From: a virus | Lineage: Duplodnaviria; Caudoviricetes | Length of the DNA: 40,104 nucleotides | Virus record (IMG/VR): IMGVR_UViG_3300024275_000019 | Location: 1-40,104 of that record | Direction: 5' to 3' (one strand) | Part shown: in pieces, positions 8,769 through 15,828 of the stretch | How positions within the stretch are numbered: the stretch's first letter is position 1 | Layout: every line of letters starts with the position of its first letter | The notes under the pieces: generated by a model | Seen by the model: only the letters and a program-made list of their open reading frames with translations | Told to the model about the DNA's origin: nothing | The model's database searches: none | Position numbers and translations under genes: made by a program

Positions 8769-8952
8769 CTAGAACCTCCTGGGTCTTCCACTCGATACTG
8801 TACTGAAGGACCTCCATCAGCGCTTGCGCGTCACAGCGATGCTCGAATCTGGCGACTAGATACCGCTCTCCACCGGCAAGAACTCTGTCCACGATCCACG
8901 GCGGGTTAGAACCCCAGACGTCGGAGTTGTCCAGCGCCAGATCGTATCTCAC
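8677..8952 (-). CDS. Hypothetical protein
   Basis: GTGA overlap with the upstream gene. It overlaps the downstream gene by 92 nt. Confidence 0.5.
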   Translation of the reverse strand: MRYDLALDNSDVWGSNPPWIVDRVLAGGERYLVARFEHRCDAQALMEVLQYSIEWKTQEVLDGSSRQPIFEANGSKEAAERWHRIITRSAE

Positions 8953-9254
8953 GCAGACACCTTACCTCGCTTCTTGAAGCCGGTGACGTAGGAACCCAAC
9001 AGGTCTGCGGGTTGGGGCTTGGTGACTTCCTCTCCGCCGGTCTTGATCGACCTCGGTCCGTATGGTGCCCCATAGTCTCGCTGCATCAGGCCGTTCTGGT
9101 AGTTGCTGCGGATCTTCTCTTGCAGGGCGCCGAACAGCTTCCTGACGCCTTCGAATGCAGGATGATCAGGATGAGCCATGCTTTCCTGAGACTTTCGGAT
9201 GGCGTCACGGTCCTTAGCAAGCTTGCCAGGATCGGTGCGTTTGTAGGCGCTCAT
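8949..9254 (-). CDS. Hypothetical protein
   Basis: 4-nt start/stop overlaps on both sides. Confidence 0.65.
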   Translation of the reverse strand: MSAYKRTDPGKLAKDRDAIRKSQESMAHPDHPAFEGVRKLFGALQEKIRSNYQNGLMQRDYGAPYGPRSIKTGGEEVTKPQPADLLGSYVTGFKKRGKVSA

Positions 9255-9418
9255 CGCGGAGTCCGCTTGGGCTTCACGCCGCGCTTCTCGCCGATACGCT
9301 CCGGCAGGGCGTCGAGGTGGATGCCGCCGTTGAAGTCGTTCAGCTGCTTCTTAGTGATCTTGCCTTGAGAGTACAGGTAGCCCATCTCGCGGAACTGAGC
9401 TTTGGACTTGGAAGGCAT
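9251..9418 (-). CDS. Small basic phage protein of the MPSKSKAQ type (DUF3008-like N-terminus), 55 aa
   Basis: Not in the track. Reads MPSKSKAQFREMGYLYSQGKITKKQLNDFNGGIHLDALPERIGEKRGVKPKRTPR, with TAATG and ATGA overlaps. Confidence 0.7.
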   Translation of the reverse strand: MPSKSKAQFREMGYLYSQGKITKKQLNDFNGGIHLDALPERIGEKRGVKPKRTPR

Positions 9419-9630
9419 TAGTCGCTCGTATCGAGCAGATCGCTCCGCTCGCGTCCGACGTTCACAGAAACCAAGTGCTCCAGAAACAGACCGATAGCGA
9501 GGACCACCGCAGCGATTACCTGAGTCTTGAGCGGAAGTCCCTTACCCAGATCGAGGATCACCCCCCAGACGATTAGGGTTACGAGTTCGATTCCAGTGAA
9601 GATCAGGGTGCCTCGCAACGTCTGGCTCAT
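9418..9630 (-). CDS. Small two-TM membrane protein
   Basis: Two hydrophobic stretches (LIFTGIELVTLIVWGVIL; VIAAVVLAIGLFL). Translationally coupled to neighbours. Confidence 0.65.
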   Translation of the reverse strand: MSQTLRGTLIFTGIELVTLIVWGVILDLGKGLPLKTQVIAAVVLAIGLFLEHLVSVNVGRERSDLLDTSD

Positions 9631-9848
9631 GAGGTTTCCTCCCGGTTCAAGATCTCGGTCACGAGCTTCTTTCTGTGCTCGATGTGGTCTTCGATCAACC
9701 AGCGAGCCGTGTATCTCGTGATCTTCTGAGATTCTACCATCTTGATCAGCCAGGCTAAAACCTCAGGCTTGGGAAAGATGGCCTTGATGATGAACTCGGT
9801 GCGGCTGATCGGTGGTTCGAAGTTGGGTGGCTGGAGGCTGACTCCCAT
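9627..9848 (-). CDS. Hypothetical protein, first gene of the leftward operon
   Basis: GGAGG precedes ATG 9848 (MGVSLQPPNFEPP...). The longer track start at 10034 lies upstream of the predicted promoter. Confidence 0.6.
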   Translation of the reverse strand: MGVSLQPPNFEPPISRTEFIIKAIFPKPEVLAWLIKMVESQKITRYTARWLIEDHIEHRKKLVTEILNREETS

Positions 9849-9936
9849 GTTGGCCTCCATTGGCGAGTCTAGGACGGTATCGTTACGCCGCCGGGCGCTC
9901 GCGCAGCCTCGGAGACTCGTTATCACCACCCCGGCA

Positions 9937-9965
9937 ATGGTACAACGCAGTCCCTGCCCGGTCAA
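9937..9965 (-). promoter_or_regulatory. Predicted sigma70-type promoter for the leftward (late) arm
   Basis: Minus strand reads TTGACC-17 nt-TACCAT. Confidence 0.55.
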
Positions 9966-9975
9966 TCTTTCTTGC

Positions 9976-10005
9976 TTGACGTCGTTGTCGTCGTTGTTGT
10001 AGCTT
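9976..10005 (+). promoter_or_regulatory. Predicted sigma70-type promoter for the rightward arm, probably giving a leaderless mRNA
   Basis: TTGACG-18 nt-TAGCTT, with ATG 10012 only 6 nt downstream and no SD. Confidence 0.45.
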
Positions 10006-10011
10006 TTAGCT

Positions 10012-10263
10012 ATGGCACTCAACAAAGCAGCCAAAGACCTGATCGAAGCACTGGATGAGCTGGGATGTCCTTACTGCTGGAGAAAGCGCTCAGGCGAGCA
10101 GGGAAGCCGCGTGGAACAAGCGCTGGAGGCAGTAAGACAGGCGCTTGCCACCGAGACTCAGAGTACGCGCAGAACCTTCGGCAAGCGCAGGGAAGGACAG
10201 GACCGTAGCACTCTCGCCTATCCCGGTCTTTCGTCTGATCCTACTCCCACACCGGAAGATTAG
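10012..10263 (+). CDS. Hypothetical protein
   Basis: 83 aa ORF directly after the predicted promoter; contains CPYC. Confidence 0.5.
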   Translation: MALNKAAKDLIEALDELGCPYCWRKRSGEQGSRVEQALEAVRQALATETQSTRRTFGKRREGQDRSTLAYPGLSSDPTPTPED

Positions 10264-10402
10264 CTTTCGCTATGTTCTCTGGTAAGGCCTTTACGGAGGG
10301 CGCTTCGCTCACGCTTCGCGGTGGAGTTACGTACGAAGCTCGCTGCGCTCGCTCACTCCCACCCCCACCCGACACCCGCGTACCCGGCCCCGGCTTAGAG
10401 GC

Positions 10403-10433
10403 ATTTTAACCGAATCCAGCCGGATTCTGTCAA
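10403..10433 (-). promoter_or_regulatory. Predicted leftward promoter with an operator-like palindrome in its spacer
   Basis: TTGACA-19 nt-TAAAAT on the minus strand. The spacer holds GAATCC-N4-GGATTC (10412-10427). Confidence 0.4.
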
Positions 10434-10880
10434 GTGCAAAATACGAGGCCTAGATTGCAGAATGACAACGCGATAGAGAAAAAGGGAGCGTTTTTCCCCG
10501 ACGGCAGCTGGGACCCCGAAGCAGCTCAGGTCTTCCGCAAGGGCACAGACCGCCTCGTCAGGCACCTGGTCAACCTGAGACAGCTAGGCAAGCTGGGTCC
10601 CGAAGAAGCAGTGAGGCAGATCCGAGAGGCAACCGGCGAGAGAGCCTTCCCGAACCTAGCCCAGTGGCAGGGAGTCGAGGACTGGCAGCACGTCCAGACC
10701 TCCACCAGCGCAGAAGAGGCGGTAAAGCGTTGTGGGGGAAGGGGTGGGGAGTTCCACTGGTGTCAGGGTAACTGGATCTCGGGAAAGGAGAAGGAGTGTT
10801 CTAACGTCCTGCACAGGAAGCAGCCAACTCCGGAAGAGGTTCAAAGGCTTGTACTTACGCTTGGGAGGGCCTTCGAGTGA
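10434..10880 (+). CDS. Hypothetical protein; start uncertain
   Basis: 148 aa ORF filling the gap, with a C-terminal C/H cluster (CGG...HWC...C...H). Confidence 0.55.
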   Translation: MQNTRPRLQNDNAIEKKGAFFPDGSWDPEAAQVFRKGTDRLVRHLVNLRQLGKLGPEEAVRQIREATGERAFPNLAQWQGVEDWQHVQTSTSAEEAVKRCGGRGGEFHWCQGNWISGKEKECSNVLHRKQPTPEEVQRLVLTLGRAFE

Positions 10881-10959
10881 ATCTTACGTCCAGCGAGGTT
10901 GAATCAGGGTGCCCGAATGGCTGTAAGTGCTGGCTCTGCTTCTCCTGGTGGTGGTGCTG

Positions 10960-11346
10960 ATGGCTGCTAAATCATCTGTATGGAACCTTGAGTCCATTGA
11001 GAAGGCATGCCGCAAGGAGATGGAGCGTACCAAGATAGGACCTGAGGCGCCCAAGAACTTCAATCACTCTGCCAATGCCGTCTGGATTTCAGGCGGGAGC
11101 ATGTGGATAACCATAGACAGGCTAACGGTTTGCGAGCTTAGGGCGGTGCTGCACGAGTTGATCCACAGGGTGCTTTACAAAGAGTTGTCAGTGTTCCGTG
11201 ACTACGTTCCCAAGTCAGAGCCCCCAAAGCGGGACGCGCAGGAGGTCATCATCGAGTCGCTGGAGGATGCCCTATTCGACCGCATAAAGGTCAACCAGAA
11301 GGCAACCAAGTGGTGGCGCGACAAGATAGTCGAGAAGGCACGTTGA
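10960..11346 (+). CDS. HExxH zincin-like putative metallopeptidase
   Basis: AVLHELIHRVL with a downstream Glu-bearing helix QEVIIESLE. Probable ATG at 10960 after GGTGGTGG. Confidence 0.55.
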   Translation: MAAKSSVWNLESIEKACRKEMERTKIGPEAPKNFNHSANAVWISGGSMWITIDRLTVCELRAVLHELIHRVLYKELSVFRDYVPKSEPPKRDAQEVIIESLEDALFDRIKVNQKATKWWRDKIVEKAR

Positions 11347-12188
11347 AGGCCTCCAGAGAGGCAAAACAGGCCATTGTCGTCTCGGATACGCACTGTGCCT
11401 CGACCCTGGGGCTCTGCCCGCCTTCAGGACACAAGCTGGACGACGGAGGAAGCTACAAGCCCAGCAAGGGACAGAGAGCCGTCTGGGAGGTGTGGGAGAA
11501 GTTCTGGAACGAGTGGGTGCCCAAAGTAACGAAGGGCGAACCTTACGACCTCATCATCAACGGAGACGCTATCGATGGCGACCACCACCAGACCACGACG
11601 ATCATCTCGCGCAACCTCCACGACCAGTTCAAAGCAGCGAGGGATGTTCTTGCCCCCGTGGTTGGAAAGGCTCTTCGCTCTGGCGGGGCCTACTATCATG
11701 TCCGAGGCACTGAAGCGCACGTGGGACAGTCCGCCCAAGAAGAAGAAAGGCTCGCGGAAGCCCTCGGGGCGAGGCCGGACGAAGAAGGCAACTTCTCGCG
11801 CTGGGAACTCTGGAAGCGAGTAGGCGGGGCTCTAGTCCACTTCAGTCATCACATCGGTACATCGGGGTCTCAAGCCTACGAGTCTTCTGCACTCATGAGA
11901 GAGATGGTCGAGGCGTTCGTGGAAGCAGGACGCTGGGGAGATGTTCCGCCGCAGGTTGTCGTTCGTTCTCACCGACACCGCTGCATGAGCATCAACATGC
12001 CGACCGACAAGGGCTACGGCATCATCGCCGTGACTCCCGGCTGGCAGTTGAAGACCCCGTACACCCACAGGATCGTGCAGGGCCGTGTCGGACAACCCCA
12101 GTTCGGCGGATTGCTCATTCGTGCTGGAGATGAGGAACTGCACACCAGGTTCTTCGTTGAGCGCATTCAGAGACCGAAGGAGGAATAG
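11343..12188 (+). CDS. Calcineurin-like metallophosphoesterase
   Basis: VVSDTH, INGDAIDG, RGTEAH, FSHH and RSHRH metal-binding motifs. TTG start overlaps the upstream TGA. Confidence 0.8.
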   Translation: MKASREAKQAIVVSDTHCASTLGLCPPSGHKLDDGGSYKPSKGQRAVWEVWEKFWNEWVPKVTKGEPYDLIINGDAIDGDHHQTTTIISRNLHDQFKAARDVLAPVVGKALRSGGAYYHVRGTEAHVGQSAQEEERLAEALGARPDEEGNFSRWELWKRVGGALVHFSHHIGTSGSQAYESSALMREMVEAFVEAGRWGDVPPQVVVRSHRHRCMSINMPTDKGYGIIAVTPGWQLKTPYTHRIVQGRVGQPQFGGLLIRAGDEELHTRFFVERIQRPKEE

Positions 12189-12436
12189 TGACGAAGCTCA
12201 CCGCCGATCTGTGGCGGGCAGAACTCGAACGAGCCATGCGTAGTGCTGGAGACGATGGCATGTCTACCAGGGAGATTCGGGAAGCCTTGGGCATCTCGAT
12301 CTCCACCGCCACCAACATGCTCTCCAACCTGTTCAGGGCTGGACGCATCAAGTCTGGCCGCAGGATGGAGAGAGCCAGAGACGGAGCCATGAGACCGGTC
12401 CCCGTCTACGTCATCGTCAAGGAGAAGAAGCGATGA
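12188..12436 (+). CDS. Winged helix-turn-helix DNA-binding protein
   Basis: MSTREIREALGISISTATNMLSNLFRAGRI fits the wHTH pattern. Confidence 0.7.
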   Translation: MTKLTADLWRAELERAMRSAGDDGMSTREIREALGISISTATNMLSNLFRAGRIKSGRRMERARDGAMRPVPVYVIVKEKKR

Positions 12437-12518
12437 TCTCTCTCCTGCGTCACTGGCACACACTCACGCAGTACGAGATCGAACTCGAACGGCATCCACT
12501 CTTGGCCTAGAGGGTCCC

Positions 12519-12614
12519 ATGAACTACTGCCGTCACTGTATGGAAGGTGTTGACTGCGATCTGTGCTTCGAGCACCTCTTCTACGTGTTCCACAACTTCT
12601 TCTTCACGCTGTGA
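12519..12614 (+). CDS. Micro-protein with two CxxC pairs (31 aa)
   Basis: MNYCRHCMEGVDCDLCFEHLFYVFHNFFFTL; its stop overlaps the next GTG. Confidence 0.4.
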   Translation: MNYCRHCMEGVDCDLCFEHLFYVFHNFFFTL

Positions 12615-12889
12615 AAGCTCGCTGCGATTGGTGCGGACGAGAGTTCCCAGCCTTCGCGTGGAACCAGCGCACCTGTACCTCCTGCGCCTCTCGTGGCGCT
12701 CCCGATCAGTCCAAGACAGACTGGAACACCTACGTCAAACTAGCCAAAGCCTTCAGGAGTTCCCATGCCCAAAGGTCGCTCAAGACACCTCAACATGAAG
12801 TCCGTCCCCAAACTCGCCAAACGAGACCGCTACCGCCCCTGGCTCGATCAGTTCATCCCAAAGTCCCCAGAACGCGCCACCCTCGTTAA
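12611..12889 (+). CDS. Zn-finger hypothetical protein
   Basis: GTG start; CDWC...CTSC. Confidence 0.45.
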   Translation: MKARCDWCGREFPAFAWNQRTCTSCASRGAPDQSKTDWNTYVKLAKAFRSSHAQRSLKTPQHEVRPQTRQTRPLPPLARSVHPKVPRTRHPR

Positions 12890-13154
12890 ACACATCCAAC
12901 ACCTCTTCTGGACCGAAGGCGTCAGCAAGCAAACCCTCTCTCAGAGGTTCAACCTCCCCCTTCCCGCCATCAACAAGCTATGCAAGTTCCGCCTCCACCA
13001 CGACCCCTGCCCTAAACACGACGGATCCGGCCTCCTGCCCTGCTCTCCCTCCTGCCGTGGCTGTGCCTGGGAGGCTGATCAGATCCTTAAGCTGGGTCCT
13101 GCCCCTCCTGCTATGTCTGACAGGATCCTCAGTAGTGTTGCGTACCGTTCCTAA
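12765..13154 (+). CDS. Putative HTH plus Cys/His-cluster DNA-binding protein
   Basis: AGGAG RBS. EGVSKQTLSQRFNLPLPAINKL is HTH-like, followed by CPKH...C...CRGC. Confidence 0.55.
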   Translation: MPKGRSRHLNMKSVPKLAKRDRYRPWLDQFIPKSPERATLVKHIQHLFWTEGVSKQTLSQRFNLPLPAINKLCKFRLHHDPCPKHDGSGLLPCSPSCRGCAWEADQILKLGPAPPAMSDRILSSVAYRS

Positions 13155-13265
13155 GTCTTTATCCCTGCTGGATTTCTGGCAGAATTCGACGGCTGGGTAT
13201 TATCAAGCCCACTCTTTCCTGCCGGGGGCTCCCCCCTGCCCTCATTCCAGGCACAACGCAAGGCC

Positions 13266-13336
13266 TGCATGATGCAGAGTGCATGCAGTGCAGCCTGCAA
13301 GGCTGTGTGTTGCATGCTGATGGCTTGCAGGGTGCA
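13266..13336. repeat. Cluster of nine TGCA tetramers in a non-coding region
   Basis: Direct count of TGCA within 71 bp. Confidence 0.7.
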
Positions 13337-13460
13337 TAGGCTGGGTAGCTTCCTGCCTGACAGGCTGTCATACGTAGAACTACGTAGGCAGGTTTACATA
13401 ATCGTGAGATACCCCGCAAGAGGAGACAGGTAGGTAAGAACTACACACCCAGCCAGAAGC

Positions 13461-13490
13461 GGCTAGTTTCTTACCGGCTAAGAACTAGCC
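13461..13490. repeat. Inverted repeat/hairpin
   Basis: GGCTAGTTTCTTA-CCGGC-TAAGAACTAGCC forms a 12 bp stem with one bulge. Confidence 0.7.
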
Positions 13491-13625
13491 ACACAGCCCC
13501 ACCCTGCCAGAGGCTTACCGTATACCAGGAGCATCCGAGGGGATAGAGCGAGCACCGTGCTTGCGTTGGTACCTGCACCTAATCGCCGTTAGGGTATCCG
13601 TAGGCTTTGAGAGCCGATGCTTTTT

Positions 13626-13646
13626 GCCCCCAGGACCGGGGCTTTT
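13626..13646 (+). terminator. Possible weak intrinsic terminator
   Basis: GCCCC-7 nt-GGGGC followed by TTTT. Confidence 0.35.
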
Positions 13647-13674
13647 CGCAAGGGATGGAGTCTGAGCCTCGGGC

Positions 13675-13719
13675 TAACCCGTTGTGCCGTCTCAGGGCAT
13701 TCTAGGCACGTTCAGTGCA
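13675..13719 (+). promoter_or_regulatory. Predicted sigma54 (-24/-12) promoter with an upstream IHF-like site
   Basis: AGGCACG-TTCAG-TGCA gives exact GG-N10-GC spacing (13705-13718). TAACCCGTTG at 13675 resembles TAAnnnnTTG. Confidence 0.5.
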
Positions 13720-13732
13720 ATAGTAGGAAGGC

Positions 13733-13933
13733 ATGAAGACTACCAAGCATACCTGCGGCGGCCCGAGCTTCGGAAGACTCACCTCCGGATGCCCGCGCTG
13801 CGAAGAGCTGAAGGCCGGTGCCAAGCCGGTGCAGTGGCGCAAGAGTGACGAAGCGCGCCAGATTCGGGAGATCCGCGAGCATGACTGCCGGGTGAGCGGT
13901 TGCGGCCCGGTGTGTACCTTCGGAGACTGGTAG
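13733..13933 (+). CDS. Small Cys/His-rich phage early protein
   Basis: KHTCGGPSFGRLTSGCPRCEEL...HDCRVSGCGPVCTFGDW; AGGAAGG upstream. Confidence 0.75.
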   Translation: MKTTKHTCGGPSFGRLTSGCPRCEELKAGAKPVQWRKSDEARQIREIREHDCRVSGCGPVCTFGDW

Positions 13934-13974
13934 TCAATCAGCCCGGATGGGCCGGGCGCAAGCAGGAGGATAAC

Positions 13975-14157
13975 GTGATCCTCGATTGCGGAGACGTACA
14001 CGCCAGTTCCAGCCGGGCGGCGATGGTTCACCTCGCCAACACAATGGCCGGCAGACGTTGGAAGCTCTACCAGATGACCCAGGATGAAAGACATGCCCAG
14101 CTTGCCGAGTGGTGGCATGGGCAGGTGGAGAGAGTCCTGCAGCGGGAGTCAGCATGA
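13975..14157 (+). CDS. Hypothetical protein
   Basis: AGGAGGA RBS then GTG 13975; ATGA overlap with the next gene. Confidence 0.65.
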   Translation: MILDCGDVHASSSRAAMVHLANTMAGRRWKLYQMTQDERHAQLAEWWHGQVERVLQRESA

Positions 14158-14357
14158 CTCGTACCGCATGGCTCCTGAACCTGTCCATCAGCAAGGCCAA
14201 GGAAGCCTGGAAGCTTGGTAAGGATGCCAGCTATCAAGGCTACTACACAGACTCCTGCCCTTATCCTGCCTTGGACCCTAGCGTCAGGGACTTGCGGGAG
14301 TGCTGGCTCAAGGGCTGGAGACATGGGGAGTCTGATCGTCGCCCGGCGACCGAATGA
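14154..14357 (+). CDS. Rmf/CrpP-fold protein (ribosome modulation factor-like)
   Basis: EAWKLGKDASYQG...CPY...RECWLKGWRHG matches the RMF pattern AxxxGxxA...CPY...RxxWLxGW. Confidence 0.6.
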   Translation: MTRTAWLLNLSISKAKEAWKLGKDASYQGYYTDSCPYPALDPSVRDLRECWLKGWRHGESDRRPATE

Positions 14358-14401
14358 TCGCCACTGACATGCCGTTCTGGGACACTAAACCGGAGGGACT
14401 T

Positions 14402-14515
14402 ATGTTCTGGCTGACACTGGTAGCTGCCTGTATCGTCATGGGCTTGGCTGTAACTGCCGTGGGTTGGCTGTTCCGCAAGCTCAGGCTTGCCATCCGTTAC
14501 CTGGTCGGGGTTTAA
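14402..14515 (+). CDS. Small single-TM membrane protein (37 aa)
   Basis: GGAGGG RBS; MFWLTLVAACIVMGLAVTAVGWLFRKLRLAIRYLVGV. Confidence 0.6.
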   Translation: MFWLTLVAACIVMGLAVTAVGWLFRKLRLAIRYLVGV

Positions 14516-14654
14516 TACCCCAGCTTCGTCCTCCTGTCAGAGTATTCTAGCAACGCGCGCCTACATATCGGAGCAGTGCCCCGACGCTAAGGCGGATCCT
14601 GGTAGACGAAGCTGCAAAATGCAGTGCTCGCATGGGCAGTCAGGAGAAATATCC

Positions 14655-14683
14655 TTGACCGCCTCGAATATTGGCAGCATCAT
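14655..14683 (+). promoter_or_regulatory. Predicted sigma70-type promoter
   Basis: TTGACC-17 nt-CATCAT in an intergenic gap. Confidence 0.4.
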
Positions 14684-14687
14684 GAGT

Positions 14688-14749
14688 GTGCGGGCGGCGA
14701 AAAGGCAGAGAGTCGGGGATGGCCTTCGCGCCTGAGTAGCCGTCCGCAC
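14688..14749 (+). ncRNA. Candidate structured leader RNA with a loop-E (GAA/AGUA) motif
   Basis: Outer stem GTGCGGGCGGC/GCCGTCCGCAC, internal loop GAAA/GAGTA, inner stem AGGC/GCCT. Confidence 0.5.
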
Positions 14750-14768
14750 TAACAAATCGGAGGATATC

Positions 14769-14990
14769 GTGAACCGGATGGGGTTTTGGTATCGCCTTAG
14801 GGTCGCACTGGGGATCCTATTCGGGGACTGTTGTGCAGTGACCTGGAGAGGGCTACAACGCGGCCCCGGAATGGCAGTCATTACCTTCGGCCATGGCGCT
14901 AGAGATATTCGCAGCGCTCACTACGAAAACCACACAGAGCACATGCTGGCCAACGGCACGGAAATCATCGTGCGCGGCGGCCTCTGGTAA
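14769..14990 (+). CDS. Hypothetical protein
   Basis: GGAGGA RBS, GTG start. Confidence 0.7.
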   Translation: MNRMGFWYRLRVALGILFGDCCAVTWRGLQRGPGMAVITFGHGARDIRSAHYENHTEHMLANGTEIIVRGGLW

Positions 14991-14999
14991 GGAGGAATC

Positions 15000-15263
15000 G
15001 TGTTCACTCTACTGAATAACCGCGATGAAGTCGTGGCAATGGTGCCCACCAAGCGCTTTACCTACGATGACAAGATGTTCCAGACAGTCTTTGCCGCGTG
15101 GCGCATCGGCGACTTGAACCCCATGCGTCAGTACCTAGGACTGCCGCTGATGCACGTCTGCGAAGATTGCGACGGTGAGCACATCCTGATCCCCCACGGC
15201 AAGAGCCTCGTGTGTATTGCCTGCTATGCCGAGCGGGATGCCTTCCTGAATGAGAGCCTGTGA
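15000..15263 (+). CDS. Zn-finger hypothetical protein
   Basis: AAGGAGG RBS; CEDC...CIAC. Confidence 0.7.
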   Translation: MFTLLNNRDEVVAMVPTKRFTYDDKMFQTVFAAWRIGDLNPMRQYLGLPLMHVCEDCDGEHILIPHGKSLVCIACYAERDAFLNESL

Positions 15264-15640
15264 TGGGCGCACCCATCTGCCCCAAGCATGGTGTGCCCAT
15301 GAAAGAGGGCAAGTATCCCGGCAGCTTCTACTGCTCACGGCTGGACCCTGAAGGCCCCAAGGGCTACTGCACCCAGCGGACCAAGATCTCAGGCAGGGGT
15401 GAGGCTGGGAACATCGGCCAGACTGTCCAGAACGTGGTGCAGGCAGTAGCGGACACTTCCCGCATGACAGCCAGCCAAGCAGTAGCCCTCCAGAATCGTC
15501 AGGAAGGCCCCGTAAACGCCCCAGGAACGGATAACGCATGGGCGCTGGCACTGGAGGTCACGGCCAGGATTTACGCAGGCACAGGGAAGGGAACGGAGGC
15601 TGTCGAGGTCGCGGCGGCTTTGAGGGCTTTGCTACCGTGA
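15263..15640 (+). CDS. Hypothetical protein with an N-terminal Zn-knuckle
   Basis: CPKHGVPMK...FYC...YC; TGATG coupling. Lies upstream of the exonuclease. Confidence 0.7.
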   Translation: MGAPICPKHGVPMKEGKYPGSFYCSRLDPEGPKGYCTQRTKISGRGEAGNIGQTVQNVVQAVADTSRMTASQAVALQNRQEGPVNAPGTDNAWALALEVTARIYAGTGKGTEAVEVAAALRALLP

Positions 15641-15828
15641 GCGGAGTCTTTAGCTTCCACATGCACCAGTGGGAACCGTACCACCTGACCGAGATCCTGC
15701 CGTTCAACAAAGAGGAACCGTATCATCGTCTATTCGAGTGCTGCCTGATCTGTGGGGTGGCAAGAATCAAGAACCTGGCTCCGGGAGAGATCCCGCCTAT
15801 CATCTACCTGCCTGCGGAGGAATCGTGA
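15637..15828 (+). CDS. Hypothetical protein (HxH...CxxC)
   Basis: GTGA overlaps on both sides; HMHQW...CCLICG. Confidence 0.6.
   Translation: MSGVFSFHMHQWEPYHLTEILPFNKEEPYHRLFECCLICGVARIKNLAPGEIPPIIYLPAEES

Noticed and set aside
13159-13419. Cys-rich ORF on the minus strand of the non-coding region
   Set aside because: Its Cys/Ala/His content is a by-product of the TGCA repeats. It has no RBS and runs against the local gene direction.
14688-14749. Hammerhead ribozyme (GAAA ... CTGAGTA)
   Set aside because: The core reads CUGAGUA rather than CUGANGA, and only 4 nt are available for stem I. A loop-E hairpin fits better.
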